Under the pieces are notes generated by a model. It had not been told where the DNA came from. It did no database searches and saw only the letters and a program-made list of their open reading frames with translations. Shown here piece after piece: positions 22,755 to 31,884 of a stretch of 64,000 bases of DNA; the first letter of the stretch is position 1; every line of letters begins with the position of its first letter. Origin of the DNA: an uncultured cyanobacterium (GTDB lineage Bacteria; Cyanobacteriota; Cyanobacteriia; Cyanobacteriales; Microcystaceae); assembly GCA_963807635.1 (NCBI GenBank), contig CAWEDJ010000086.1:1-64000 (forward strand), read 5' to 3'. The translations under genes and the position numbers were made by a program.

Positions 22755-23336
22755 ATGAAGCTGTTAATTCAAGGCAATAATATTACCGTTACCGATGCGA
22801 TTCATTCCTATGTGGAAGAAAAACTTGACAAGGCCGTTAAACATTTTCAAGGAATCACCACCAAGGTCGATGTGCATCTATCCGTTGCTCGCAATGCACG
22901 TATTGCCAACAAGCATAAAGCGGAGGTTACGGTGTATGCCAATGGTACAGTGATTCGAGCCCAGGAAGGTAGCGAAAATCTCTATGCCAGTATTGACCTC
23001 GTTGCTGATAAAATTGCCCGTCAACTCCGCAAGTATAAAGAGCGTTTAGTCGATCAAAGCCAAAATCACGTCAAAACCAGCGCGATCGTCGAAGAAAAAC
23101 CCGTCGAAAAGGATCTCATCGGCGATCGCACGGCAGAACTTCCCTCGGAAAGTGTGCGAATGAAATATTTTGCCATTCCGTCCATCTCCATTGAAGAAGC
23201 CTGGGAACAACTGCAACTGGTCGATCACGATTTCTATATGTTCCGCAACAAAGACACCGATGAAATCAATGTGATCTACATCCGTAATCATGGGGGTTAT
23301 GGTGTAATTCAGCCCCGCAAAAATGGCGATGAATAG
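22755..23336 (+). CDS. hpf: Long-form ribosome hibernation promoting factor (LrtA)
   Basis: [23 protein letters not shown] and LVDHDFYMF...GGYGVI. Confidence 0.95.
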   Translation: MKLLIQGNNITVTDAIHSYVEEKLDKAVKHFQGITTKVDVHLSVARNARIANKHKAEVTVYANGTVIRAQEGSENLYASIDLVADKIARQLRKYKERLVDQSQNHVKTSAIVEEKPVEKDLIGDRTAELPSESVRMKYFAIPSISIEEAWEQLQLVDHDFYMFRNKDTDEINVIYIRNHGGYGVIQPRKNGDE

Positions 23337-23377
23337 ACCCTAACCGATTGTTTAAGTTTGATCATGATAGATAGCTT

Positions 23378-23424
23378 TACCCAGGTCATTTTGGTTTTAA
23401 TAACCTCTGGTCTGGGTAATTTTT
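23378..23424 (+). terminator. Probable intrinsic terminator after hpf
   Basis: TTACCCAGGTCA...TGGTCTGGGTAA stem followed by a T-run. Confidence 0.55.
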
Positions 23425-23498
23425 GATTCGAGACTGGGATCTCGCACTAAAATAAAATCATCAACCAATCTTGGAATTATTTCATCTGGGTTAATTAA

Positions 23499-23798
23499 GT
23501 GACAGGGTTTATTATTCTTCTCCTTGCAGCATTACTCCCCGCTTTGCTTTCTTTTATTGTCGTTCGTAGGGCAAAGCGACAATTCAGTGAACGAATGAGA
23601 CGTATTCGAGCCTTAAATAACTATCGACGACGTTTAGACCGAGAGTTTTTTCCTGTACCTTTTGATACCCTAGAACGTTATGGCGATTATATCGGCGATA
23701 TTAGTTGTCGCAATAATGCCAAGTCTCCCTATTTGCGTTGTGCCATTAATCCCAGTGGCCCCTGTGAAGATTGTTCTAACTATGAAAAAAGACACTAA
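23499..23798 (+). CDS. DUF6464-like membrane-anchored protein
   Basis: N-terminal TM; IGDISCRNNAKSPYLRCAINPSGPCEDC. Confidence 0.75.
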   Translation: MTGFIILLLAALLPALLSFIVVRRAKRQFSERMRRIRALNNYRRRLDREFFPVPFDTLERYGDYIGDISCRNNAKSPYLRCAINPSGPCEDCSNYEKRH

Positions 23799-23825
23799 AA
23801 TTGGTCAGATTAGGCTATTTAGGCA

Positions 23826-24332
23826 TTATACAGAGGTTGGAATTAAATCTAGTAAACGAAAATGTGCAATTTTAGCGATTTCTATTAAAGCCTGTTTTCT
23901 TTCTGTTTCTAGGGAATTTTCTAAACGTTGTTTAAAAGCTTCTAAAATGCTCTCTTTGGTATGATTTTTGACGGCAACAATAAAGGGAAAAGCAAATTTC
24001 TCCTTATAGGCTTGGTTTAATTGCTGAAAACGGTGATATTCCTCGGCACTTAATCGATCTAAACCGACTCCTGCTTGCTCTTTCACTGAAGCTTCGGCCA
24101 TTTTGGTTTTAGTGGCTAGGTCAGGATGGGAACAAATTAAGTTCAGTTTTTCAGATAAAGAACTTTCATCAACTGTTTCAACCATTGCTTGATGGAGAGC
24201 ATCAACATCTTTAAAGGGTCTTTTTACCCAGGTTTTTTCAGCAACCCAGGGGGAATCTTCAAAAATTTTTGCCAACGATTCGGTAAATTCCCCTTGAGAC
24301 ATTTGATTTAATTGGGCGATCGCGTAAACCAT
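23826..24332 (-). CDS. uraD: OHCU decarboxylase
   Basis: IFEDSPWVAE, HPDL, SVKEQAGVGL and YKEKFAFPFIVAV; start MVYAI at 24332. Confidence 0.92.
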   Translation of the reverse strand: MVYAIAQLNQMSQGEFTESLAKIFEDSPWVAEKTWVKRPFKDVDALHQAMVETVDESSLSEKLNLICSHPDLATKTKMAEASVKEQAGVGLDRLSAEEYHRFQQLNQAYKEKFAFPFIVAVKNHTKESILEAFKQRLENSLETERKQALIEIAKIAHFRLLDLIPTSV

Positions 24333-24398
24333 TTTGACGTAAAGTTTTATATTGAATTTTAGATTTAACTTACTTATTTTTAAATAAAGGTTAAACAA

Positions 24399-24422
24399 AG
24401 GGTACAAGCCTTGCACCCCTAC
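24399..24422 (-). repeat. GTAG-tagged REP-like palindrome (GTAGGGGTGCAAGGCTTGTACCCT)
   Basis: GTAG tag plus imperfect hairpin in the uraH-uraD spacer. Confidence 0.55.
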
Positions 24423-24434
24423 CAATGCTTAAAA

Positions 24435-24797
24435 TTAACTGCCTCGATAGGTACTATAAGACCAGGGAGAAACCAACAGAGGCACGTGGTAATGACTATC
24501 AGAATCAGCGATCGCAAACTGGATGGGAATGCGGTTTAAAAATAAAGGTTGGGGCAAATTTTCGCCGTAGGTCGCAAAATAATCTCCTACGGTAAAAACC
24601 AATTCGTAGAGACCAATTTTAAAATTTTCATTGATCAGCAATGGTTCGTCAGTACGACCATCTTGATTGGTTATTAAACTTTTCATCAAAACGCGATCGC
24701 CACTAACAGCATCAATTGACCACAATTCAATGGCTAAATTCGCGGCAGGGCAACCATGAGCCGTATCCAAAACGTGAGTCGTTAATTTTCCTGCCAT
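24435..24797 (-). CDS. uraH: Hydroxyisourate hydrolase (transthyretin-like)
   Basis: [11 protein letters not shown]...TNQDGR...[19 protein letters not shown]. Confidence 0.96.
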   Translation of the reverse strand: MAGKLTTHVLDTAHGCPAANLAIELWSIDAVSGDRVLMKSLITNQDGRTDEPLLINENFKIGLYELVFTVGDYFATYGENLPQPLFLNRIPIQFAIADSDSHYHVPLLVSPWSYSTYRGS

Positions 24798-24799
24798 AG

Positions 24800-25705
24800 C
24801 TATTGATAAGGATGATTTTTAATCCAATGGTTAGCAATATCCAGACGACGACAAATCCAAACATCTTCATGGGACTGGACGTAATCTAAAAAGCGGGTGA
24901 GGGCGCCAATTCGTCCAGGTCTTCCCACTAAACGGGCATGGAGTCCGACAGACATCATTTTAGGAGCTGTTTCGCCTTCTTGATAAAGGACATCAAAGGC
25001 ATCCTTGAGATAGGTAAAAAAGTCATCTCCACTATTAAAGCCTGGCGCAACGCAAAATTTCATGTCGTTATTATCCAGGGTATAGGGAATCACTAAATGG
25101 GGTTTGCCTTCCACCACATCCCAATAGGGCAAATCATCGTTATAACCATCGGAATCATACAAAAATCCGCCTTCTTCCACGACTAAACGACGAGTATTGA
25201 CGCTAGGCGCGTAACGACAATACCATCCCAAGGGGCGATCGCCTGTGAGTTTTTTGAGAGACTCGATCGCTAACTGCATTTGGTGACGTTCTTCAACTTC
25301 ACTCATATCCTGGAAACCAATCCAACGCCAACCATGACAACAAATATCGTAACCCGCTTCTACAATGGCACGGGCCGCATCGGGGTTGCGTTCTAGGGCT
25401 AAAGCTGCCCCAAAAATGGTGATGGGAATATTACGGGACTTAAAAAGCCGCATTAATCGCCAAAACCCCGCGCGGGAACCATATTCATAGATAGATTCCA
25501 CAATTAAATCCCGTTTGCCGTCTCCCATTGAAGCCCCTGGTACTTCCCAGAGATAGGTTTCTGAGCGATTATCGCCATCAGGGATGGAATATTCTGAACC
25601 TTCCTCGTAATTGAGGACAATCTGTAACGCTAAACGAGCATTATTGGGCCATTTAGGGTCGGGGGGATTGGCACCGTAGCCAATTAAATCGCGGGGATAG
25701 GTCAT
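24800..25705 (-). CDS. puuE: Metal-independent allantoinase PuuE
   Basis: [30 protein letters not shown] and [15 protein letters not shown]. Confidence 0.92.
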   Translation of the reverse strand: MTYPRDLIGYGANPPDPKWPNNARLALQIVLNYEEGSEYSIPDGDNRSETYLWEVPGASMGDGKRDLIVESIYEYGSRAGFWRLMRLFKSRNIPITIFGAALALERNPDAARAIVEAGYDICCHGWRWIGFQDMSEVEERHQMQLAIESLKKLTGDRPLGWYCRYAPSVNTRRLVVEEGGFLYDSDGYNDDLPYWDVVEGKPHLVIPYTLDNNDMKFCVAPGFNSGDDFFTYLKDAFDVLYQEGETAPKMMSVGLHARLVGRPGRIGALTRFLDYVQSHEDVWICRRLDIANHWIKNHPYQ

Positions 25706-25759
25706 GGTTGGGTTTTAATAATCCTTATAGTTCAAAAAGTTTTAGAAAAGCTAGGTAAA

Positions 25760-26170
25760 TTAGACGGTGACGGGTGTTGTTGCTAATTTATAGGCCGCCC
25801 AACCGCCATGATGGGAAATATCGGGATCGCCTTGTTTTTCAATTAATTCACGGGGATAGAGCATGGCCAACAAGACTTCACCATCGCTAAGAACGACTTG
25901 CTCTGGATACATATTGGGGGGTTCGGTGGCTAAAAGATGTTCGTACTGCGATCGCGTCATTTCGTAAACTTCACCAGGAATAGAGATTCCATTTTCGGTA
26001 ACAGCATAAATGCCAGGATGCCAACCATTGCCAACGGAATGCAAACGATAGTTGGGTTGGGTTTGGGCGGTTTTAATAAATTGGGCGGATTGCAAATTTT
26101 GATGATCGGGCTGGCCTCGTAGCGCAGAGCCACAAATGAAGAAGCGAATGGTTTCGGGATTATTACTCAT
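25760..26170 (-). CDS. Gamma-glutamylcyclotransferase-fold protein resembling the allophanate hydrolase C-terminal domain
   Basis: FFICGSALRGQPDH, TQPNYRLHSV, IPGEVYE and DISHHGGWAAY. Confidence 0.7.
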   Translation of the reverse strand: MSNNPETIRFFICGSALRGQPDHQNLQSAQFIKTAQTQPNYRLHSVGNGWHPGIYAVTENGISIPGEVYEMTRSQYEHLLATEPPNMYPEQVVLSDGEVLLAMLYPRELIEKQGDPDISHHGGWAAYKLATTPVTV

Positions 26171-26211
26171 ATTCTTTAGTCGTCCAACACTCTAGGATAA
26201 ATCAAAAAAAT

Positions 26212-26226
26212 TGTATACCGTATACA
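26212..26226. promoter_or_regulatory. Perfect palindrome TGTATAC-C-GTATACA, candidate operator of the purine-catabolism cluster
   Basis: About 42 bp upstream of the first gene of the cluster. Confidence 0.55.
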
Positions 26227-26374
26227 TTGATTTAGCAAGCAATTCAAAAATGAGATCTTGAAATTTTCCTATCGCGTTTTCTCAAAAAGCACTCAAAAAG
26301 CAATTTTCCCAAAAGTCTTGCGGTGAATTTGGGCTTGGCTAAATTTTTTCAAACACATTTTTAAAAATCAAAAA

Positions 26375-26935
26375 TCAAGGCTGAGGAGAAGGAACCATGA
26401 CGGGGCTACCGTTGGGAATATCCATTTCAATGGCGGGGCCTCGGTCAAGAACTTCAATATCCCACTGACCCCGACGCGAGGTTTCAAAGACAACATAGCG
26501 GCCATCGGGACTAATTTGAGGATTTCTGACCCAACCTCGATAGTTAAGGGTCAAAATTTCTGTGCGTTTAGTGGCTCGGTCATACAATGCGACATCGGGC
26601 CTTCCTTGTAAACTGGATAAATAGACGACATAACGACCTGTCCGACTAAGGCTAGGACTTTCGGCGATCGCGTTACCTTGATTCAGACCAGGGTAATTGA
26701 CCAAGCGTTGTTCTCGTAAATCATAGACCAGAATTTCCCGACTGCCGTTGCGATTAGACACAAACGCTAACCAACGACCATTACCGCTCAGACTGGGTTG
26801 TTCATCGTTATAACGACTATTGAGACGGGGAGAAACGGGAGCCTGGGAAACGAAGCTACAGGAAGCCAGCAGGCTAATAAATCCCCAAGGAATTGCCCGA
26901 TAAAGTATTGCTCGCCACCAGTGATTTTGTCTCAC
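26375..26935 (-). CDS. TolB-like (PD40 repeat) lipoprotein
   Basis: LASC lipobox; PSLSGNGRWLAFVS and PQISPDGRYVVFE repeats. Confidence 0.85.
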   Translation of the reverse strand: MRQNHWWRAILYRAIPWGFISLLASCSFVSQAPVSPRLNSRYNDEQPSLSGNGRWLAFVSNRNGSREILVYDLREQRLVNYPGLNQGNAIAESPSLSRTGRYVVYLSSLQGRPDVALYDRATKRTEILTLNYRGWVRNPQISPDGRYVVFETSRRGQWDIEVLDRGPAIEMDIPNGSPVMVPSPQP

Positions 26936-26946
26936 CCTGATCCAAC

Positions 26947-27804
26947 TTAATAATCAAAACGGGAGGTCGCTTCCGCATCGGGGCGATCGCGTCTGGGAGG
27001 TTCGTTATCAGAAGAGGGTTTTTCCCAGGTATCTGGATCGGAGTCAGACTCATCAATCGGCTGATAATCTACATAGGGCGCAGGGGCTTCATCCTCATAT
27101 TGTCTGGGGGAAGGATTTTCTTCGGGACGGGGGCGACGTTGTCGGGGAGGACGAGAGGCATTTTCTGTGGAAGCATCATCAGGACGAGGACGGCGGGGAC
27201 GACGAGGGGCAGGTTTTTCTTCCCACACATCCGAAGAATCCTCCCAATTATTGTAATTATCGGGTTCAGGTCGTCGAGAAGGACGACTACGCGGGCTGTT
27301 TTTTGGCTCTACTGGGGGGGGCGCGGGGCGACGATTTCGGCTAGAACGGGGAGGCTCGTTTTCAGTCCTCGTGGTGCGACTAGGACGCGGCTCGGTATAT
27401 CCTCGTAAACGCCTGTTATTGCTATACTCTTCTTCTTCCTCGTAGGGTTCAATCTGGTCTAACTCAGCTTCGGTATAAACCCTGGTTTTACTAACGCGGC
27501 GATCATCGGCGATCGGGCTATTACGTCGGGCTTGTTCGGTGGTAATTCCCCGTAGGCGAATGGTTTCCACCGCAAAAAAGATGGTTGATCCCGTGAGCAA
27601 GAGTTGACCAAATTGCAAAATCGGGTCGAGTCGCCATCCCTGAAACAGGAGGATTAAACCACAGAGCAGACCGACTGCCGAAAAGAAAATATCATAATCC
27701 CTAGAAACTTCAGGGCGAATAGTACGCAAGAAATACAATCCTGCTCCAGCGACTGCCAAGAAAATCCCTAAAATACTTGCTGAGTTTAGCCCAAAATTTA
27801 CCAT
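26947..27804 (-). CDS. ycf66: Ycf66 family protein
   Basis: LYFLRTIRPEVSRDYDIFF...FQGWRLDPILQFGQ; Arg/Pro-rich tail. Confidence 0.93.
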   Translation of the reverse strand: MVNFGLNSASILGIFLAVAGAGLYFLRTIRPEVSRDYDIFFSAVGLLCGLILLFQGWRLDPILQFGQLLLTGSTIFFAVETIRLRGITTEQARRNSPIADDRRVSKTRVYTEAELDQIEPYEEEEEYSNNRRLRGYTEPRPSRTTRTENEPPRSSRNRRPAPPPVEPKNSPRSRPSRRPEPDNYNNWEDSSDVWEEKPAPRRPRRPRPDDASTENASRPPRQRRPRPEENPSPRQYEDEAPAPYVDYQPIDESDSDPDTWEKPSSDNEPPRRDRPDAEATSRFDY

Positions 27805-27911
27805 TGATGTGATCGCCTTTCATTCTTGCTTCTATGGTAGCGAGTTTTGACTCACTTGTTTGCTTTAGTCACCCCACCCTTGAGTAAATTAAGAGTGGGG
27901 AATAACACGAC

Positions 27912-28034
27912 TTAGAAATTGCGTTTGATTTTATCTTTCTGGCTGATGAAGATCAGGGCGGCGGTAAAGGGGATTACCACAATGACCGCACCCAAAACTA
28001 GGCTCCAGAGGAAATTCGCTAAAGTAGGAGTCAT
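27912..28034 (-). CDS. psbX: Photosystem II reaction centre protein X
   Basis: [15 protein letters not shown]...[12 protein letters not shown] (40 aa, ATG at 28034). Confidence 0.95.
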   Translation of the reverse strand: MTPTLANFLWSLVLGAVIVVIPFTAALIFISQKDKIKRNF

Positions 28035-28525
28035 AAAAATTGAACCTTTTGCTTTTGATAGGCGTTTGTTAACTATTTTATAGGCTTTGTTTACTTTTTT
28101 ATAAATTTGATAGTAATTCAACGATCGCGTTTTATCTGTGTTTTCTTGCTTTGATTAGGCGATCGCGGTTTCTCCTCCCATTGAACGAAAGACGAACAGA
28201 CAATCATCAACTTGATGGACAAGGATTGCTAAGATTCAGTCTCTAATCTCGGAATTAGGGATATTTTGAGGCATTATGGTGATCTAGTAATTTCGTGATT
28301 GATGGTCTGGATTTTGCCCTATCATTGTGCAACGGTTACCAATGGGATCTGCTAAATACCGTTTTGAGGAGATTATTTTAAGAGAATAGAAGAACTCGTT
28401 TCATTGATAGAATGTCACCCACCAAGAGAAAATAAATTGTCACTTCTTGTCTGCTCATATTGCTCTTTATCTTAACCACAGTTTACAATCACAGATAGAA
28501 ACGTTACTTTACATTGACAAAAAAT

Positions 28526-28786
28526 ATGGCAGCCAAAGTTGAAATTTATACCTGGAGTTCCTGTCCTTTTTGCATTCGGGCCAAGGCTTTATTAAATAGA
28601 AAAAATGTGGAATTTACGGAATATTGCATTGACGGAGATAATGAAGCCAGAAACTCGATGGCAGATCGGGCAAACGGAAGCAGAAGTCTTCCCCAGATTT
28701 TTATTGATGATCAGCATATCGGTGGCTGTGACGATCTCCATGCTCTAGAAAGACAAAAAAAACTAGATCCCTTATTGGCTGTTTAA
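28526..28786 (+). CDS. grxC: Glutaredoxin 3
   Basis: CPFC active site; SLPQIFI and IGGCDDL. Confidence 0.95.
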   Translation: MAAKVEIYTWSSCPFCIRAKALLNRKNVEFTEYCIDGDNEARNSMADRANGSRSLPQIFIDDQHIGGCDDLHALERQKKLDPLLAV

Positions 28787-28847
28787 TTTCAATACAATTC
28801 TGGGATATGCCTTAAAAATCCAAAACTGATAGAAATACAACACAATC

Positions 28848-28873
28848 GTAGGGACAAAATATCTTGTGTCCTT
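28848..28873 (+). repeat. GTAG-tagged REP-like hairpin (GTAGGGACA...TGTCCTT)
   Basis: GTAG tag plus 7-bp stem between grxC and the RNA ligase gene. Confidence 0.5.
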
Positions 28874-28955
28874 AAATTTATCTTCCAAAAAGTATTTGAT
28901 AAATTTGTAAATTACTTCAGTTTTGGGAAAAAAATTTAGCATTACAAAAAAACGC

Positions 28956-29969
28956 ATGGACAAAGATTTATTAAAGTCAATGCTCGAACAAAAATTGGTA
29001 TTGGTGCAAAAACATCCTGATACTGATCTGTTTATTTATAACTATTCTCCCTTGGTTCAATATCAAAAACTTTGGAATGAGATCACCCTCATGACGCGAG
29101 GATTAATTCTCGACAAGGAAATGAATATTGTCGCCAGACCCTTTAAAAAATTCTTCAATTTAGAGGAACATTCTCCTGAAGAAATTCCCCAGGAAGCCTT
29201 TGATGTTTTTAATAAAGAAGATGGTTCTCTAGGAATTCTTTATTGGATTAATGATAAGCCCGCGATCGCCACTAGGGGAAGTTTTAGCAGTGATCAAGCC
29301 CTGCACGCCACTCAATTATTACGCGATCGTTATGGACATACCTTTGATTCTCTTAAACGGGATAATACCTATTTGTTTGAAATTATCTATCCCGAAAACA
29401 GAATTGTCGTTAATTATGGCGACCTAGATGACCTCATTTTATTAGCAGTTATCGATTCTAAAACAGGTCAAGATTTATTAATTCCTGATATTGGTTTTCC
29501 CATCGTTAAAAAATTTAATGGCATTAATGATTTAAGTCAATTACGAGAAATTCAAAGAGAAAATCAGGAAGGTTTTGTTATTCGTTTTAAAAATGGATTT
29601 CGGGTCAAAGTCAAATTCTCAGAATACGTCAGGCTCCATCGTATTATCACCCAAACTTCTAGTACCGTTGTCTGGGAAAATCTCGCCACAGGTAAATCCT
29701 TTGAAGAACTATTAGAAAAAGTTCCCGATGAATTCTATGAATGGGTTAAACAAACCAAAACGGAACTCACTCAGCAATTTGACGCAATTTTATTAGAAGC
29801 AAAATCTGCCTTTAAAACCTTTGAGACTCGCAAGGAAACAGCCGCCTATTTCTTAACTCAAAAATATCCCCACGTCATGTTTCGCCTATTAGATAAAAAA
29901 GATCCTTCTGAGCTAATTTGGAAAATGATTAAACCTGAGCATAGTAAACCCTTTAAACTAGAAATATGA
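28956..29969 (+). CDS. T4 Rnl1 (RnlA)-family ATP-dependent RNA ligase
   Basis: Motif I KEDGSL, Ia ATRGS, III LFEII, IV EGFVI and V RVKVKFSEY; N-terminal RGLILD...RPFKKFFN. Confidence 0.92.
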   Translation: MDKDLLKSMLEQKLVLVQKHPDTDLFIYNYSPLVQYQKLWNEITLMTRGLILDKEMNIVARPFKKFFNLEEHSPEEIPQEAFDVFNKEDGSLGILYWINDKPAIATRGSFSSDQALHATQLLRDRYGHTFDSLKRDNTYLFEIIYPENRIVVNYGDLDDLILLAVIDSKTGQDLLIPDIGFPIVKKFNGINDLSQLREIQRENQEGFVIRFKNGFRVKVKFSEYVRLHRIITQTSSTVVWENLATGKSFEELLEKVPDEFYEWVKQTKTELTQQFDAILLEAKSAFKTFETRKETAAYFLTQKYPHVMFRLLDKKDPSELIWKMIKPEHSKPFKLEI

Positions 29970-30802
29970 AAAAAGTGATTATGACCAAGGGATTACCAGG
30001 AAGCGGAAAATCTACCTGGGCAAAAAAACTGATTGAAAAAAACCCTAATCAATATAAACGTATCAATAAAGATGATTTGAGAGCAATGCTAGACAATTCC
30101 AATCATTCTAAAGATGCAGAAAAATTTGTTCTAAAAATTCGGAATCAAATCATGTTAATGGCTCTCGAAGAAGGAAAGCACGTTATTATTGATGATACTA
30201 ATTTGCATCCCAAACACGAAAGAACGATTCGAGAATTAACTAAGGATATCGCAGAAGTGGTTATTCAAGATTTTACCGATATTGAACTTGAAGTTTGCAT
30301 TAAAAGAGATCTTAATCGCCTAAATTCCGTTGGGGAAAAAGTTATTCGACAAATGTATAACGATTTTTTGGCTCCCAAGCCACAGGAAATTATTATTGAT
30401 CCCAATTTACCCCACGCAATTATTTGTGATCTTGATGGAACCTTAGCTCTTTTAAATGGTAGAAGTCCCTACGATGCTTCAAGGTGTGAAAATGACATCT
30501 TAAATCCTGTTGTAGCTTCCTTAATTAAAGATAAATTAGTGCTATTAGTATCAGGGAGAGAAGATAAATATCGGGAACAAACGATTAATTTTTTAGATAA
30601 ACATCAAATTAATTATGAAAAATTAATCATGAGAGAGACAGGAGACTTTCGCAAAGATGCTATTATCAAGAAAGAAATATTCAACACTCAAATTCGAGGT
30701 TTTTATAATATTGATTTTGTCTTAGATGATAGAAACCAAGTCGTGGAAATGTGGCGACAATTAGGATTAACTTGCTTACAGGTTGCTGAAGGTGATTTCT
30801 GA
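29966..30802 (+). CDS. T4 PseT-like polynucleotide 5'-kinase/3'-phosphatase (Pnkp)
   Basis: P-loop GLPGSGKST and RINKDDLR; HAD phosphatase DLDGT, SGR and DDRNQVVEMWR...QVAEGDF; ATGA overlap with the ligase. Confidence 0.93.
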   Translation: MKKVIMTKGLPGSGKSTWAKKLIEKNPNQYKRINKDDLRAMLDNSNHSKDAEKFVLKIRNQIMLMALEEGKHVIIDDTNLHPKHERTIRELTKDIAEVVIQDFTDIELEVCIKRDLNRLNSVGEKVIRQMYNDFLAPKPQEIIIDPNLPHAIICDLDGTLALLNGRSPYDASRCENDILNPVVASLIKDKLVLLVSGREDKYREQTINFLDKHQINYEKLIMRETGDFRKDAIIKKEIFNTQIRGFYNIDFVLDDRNQVVEMWRQLGLTCLQVAEGDF

Positions 30803-30880
30803 TAATCCATAAAAATAAATAAGTTTTACCAGATGAGTTTACAATCTTAAGGAGGTCAAAAAATCAGAAATGCTGGCATT

Positions 30881-31378
30881 ATGCACATAACACAACAGCA
30901 AGAACAGTTTAGTAATGCTTATTTAAGAATGGTCGCAACCGTAGCAGAATGTACTTTGTCAAAACCCGACGTGGATGATGATAGTATAGATTTTACTATT
31001 TATGCCAAAGGTTATAGTGGGCTATATGGATATCCTAGACTGGAGGTACAATTAAAATGTTATCAAAATTTTCCTATAGAATCACAAGGTTTTAGTTATC
31101 CTCTTAAAATCAAAAATTATAATGATCTTAGAGTTACTAATGTTTTAGTTCCACGTATTTTAATTATTCTGGTTGTTCCCAATGAAATAGAATATTGGCT
31201 GGATCAGTCAGACCAACAAACAATCGTTAAACATTGTGCTTATTGGGTTTCCATTCGGGACAAACCTCCCACGCAAAACACAAGCACTGTTACAATATCC
31301 ATACCTCAAGTAAATCGTTTAACACCCAATGAACTCAGACGTTTAATGCAAATTGTGGCATCTGGAGGTGCTCCATGA
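30881..31378 (+). CDS. DUF4365 family protein (restriction endonuclease-like fold)
   Basis: QEQFSNAY, DDDSIDF, LEVQLKC, KNYNDLR, PRILIILVVP and CAYWVS. Confidence 0.82.
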   Translation: MHITQQQEQFSNAYLRMVATVAECTLSKPDVDDDSIDFTIYAKGYSGLYGYPRLEVQLKCYQNFPIESQGFSYPLKIKNYNDLRVTNVLVPRILIILVVPNEIEYWLDQSDQQTIVKHCAYWVSIRDKPPTQNTSTVTISIPQVNRLTPNELRRLMQIVASGGAP

Positions 31379-31779
31379 CTAACCCTATCCGTGATATAGA
31401 GACCTTGAAATCTATCGAACCAAAACAAATAATTGCTTATTTAAAACGAACTGGTTGGCAGAAAGAAACCTCCATTCCAGATAAGGCTGAAATATGGGTT
31501 TTAAAAAAGGAAGATTCCGATCAAGACTGTGTAGATATTTTATTGCCTCTCAATACTTCTTTTCAGGATTACCCTCTTCGGATGAGTGAAATTTTGATGA
31601 CACTAGAAGAAATAGAAGATCGCTCCCAGAAGGAAATTTTTAAAAGTCTTACTCATAAACCTGTTACAGGGATTGCCCGACCCAAAAGGGAAAAAAGTAA
31701 GAAGAAAAAAAGTAAGAATCCTGTGAAGATTGTATCAATTAAAGGAAATTTAGGTTTTTATGCCAAAAATATTGATTAG
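31375..31779 (+). CDS. Hypothetical protein coupled to DUF4365, possibly C-terminally truncated
   Basis: ATGA overlap; AYLKRTGWQ...ILLPL..F.DY..RMSEIL..L...EDRSQ followed by a Lys-rich tail. Confidence 0.65.
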   Translation: MTNPIRDIETLKSIEPKQIIAYLKRTGWQKETSIPDKAEIWVLKKEDSDQDCVDILLPLNTSFQDYPLRMSEILMTLEEIEDRSQKEIFKSLTHKPVTGIARPKREKSKKKKSKNPVKIVSIKGNLGFYAKNID

Positions 31780-31884
31780 TAAACTTTCTGAATTTATGTA
31801 TATAAAACTTAAAATCAGGAACAATAAAATATTGTAGAGTCAATTTTGAAAACCTGATTTCTAAAATTTAAACCTAACAAATCC

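Noticed and set aside
26212..26226. NtcA box upstream of the purine cluster
   Set aside because: Spacing is GTA-N7-TAC rather than N8; kept only as a generic operator candidate.
26947..27500. Repeat-like Arg/Pro-rich region and antisense ORF 27100..27408
   Set aside because: This is the normal low-complexity tail of Ycf66; the antisense ORF is a shadow.
28956..31779. Prophage remnant
   Set aside because: No integrase, terminase, capsid, tail or att-like repeats were seen, and the flanks are core genes.
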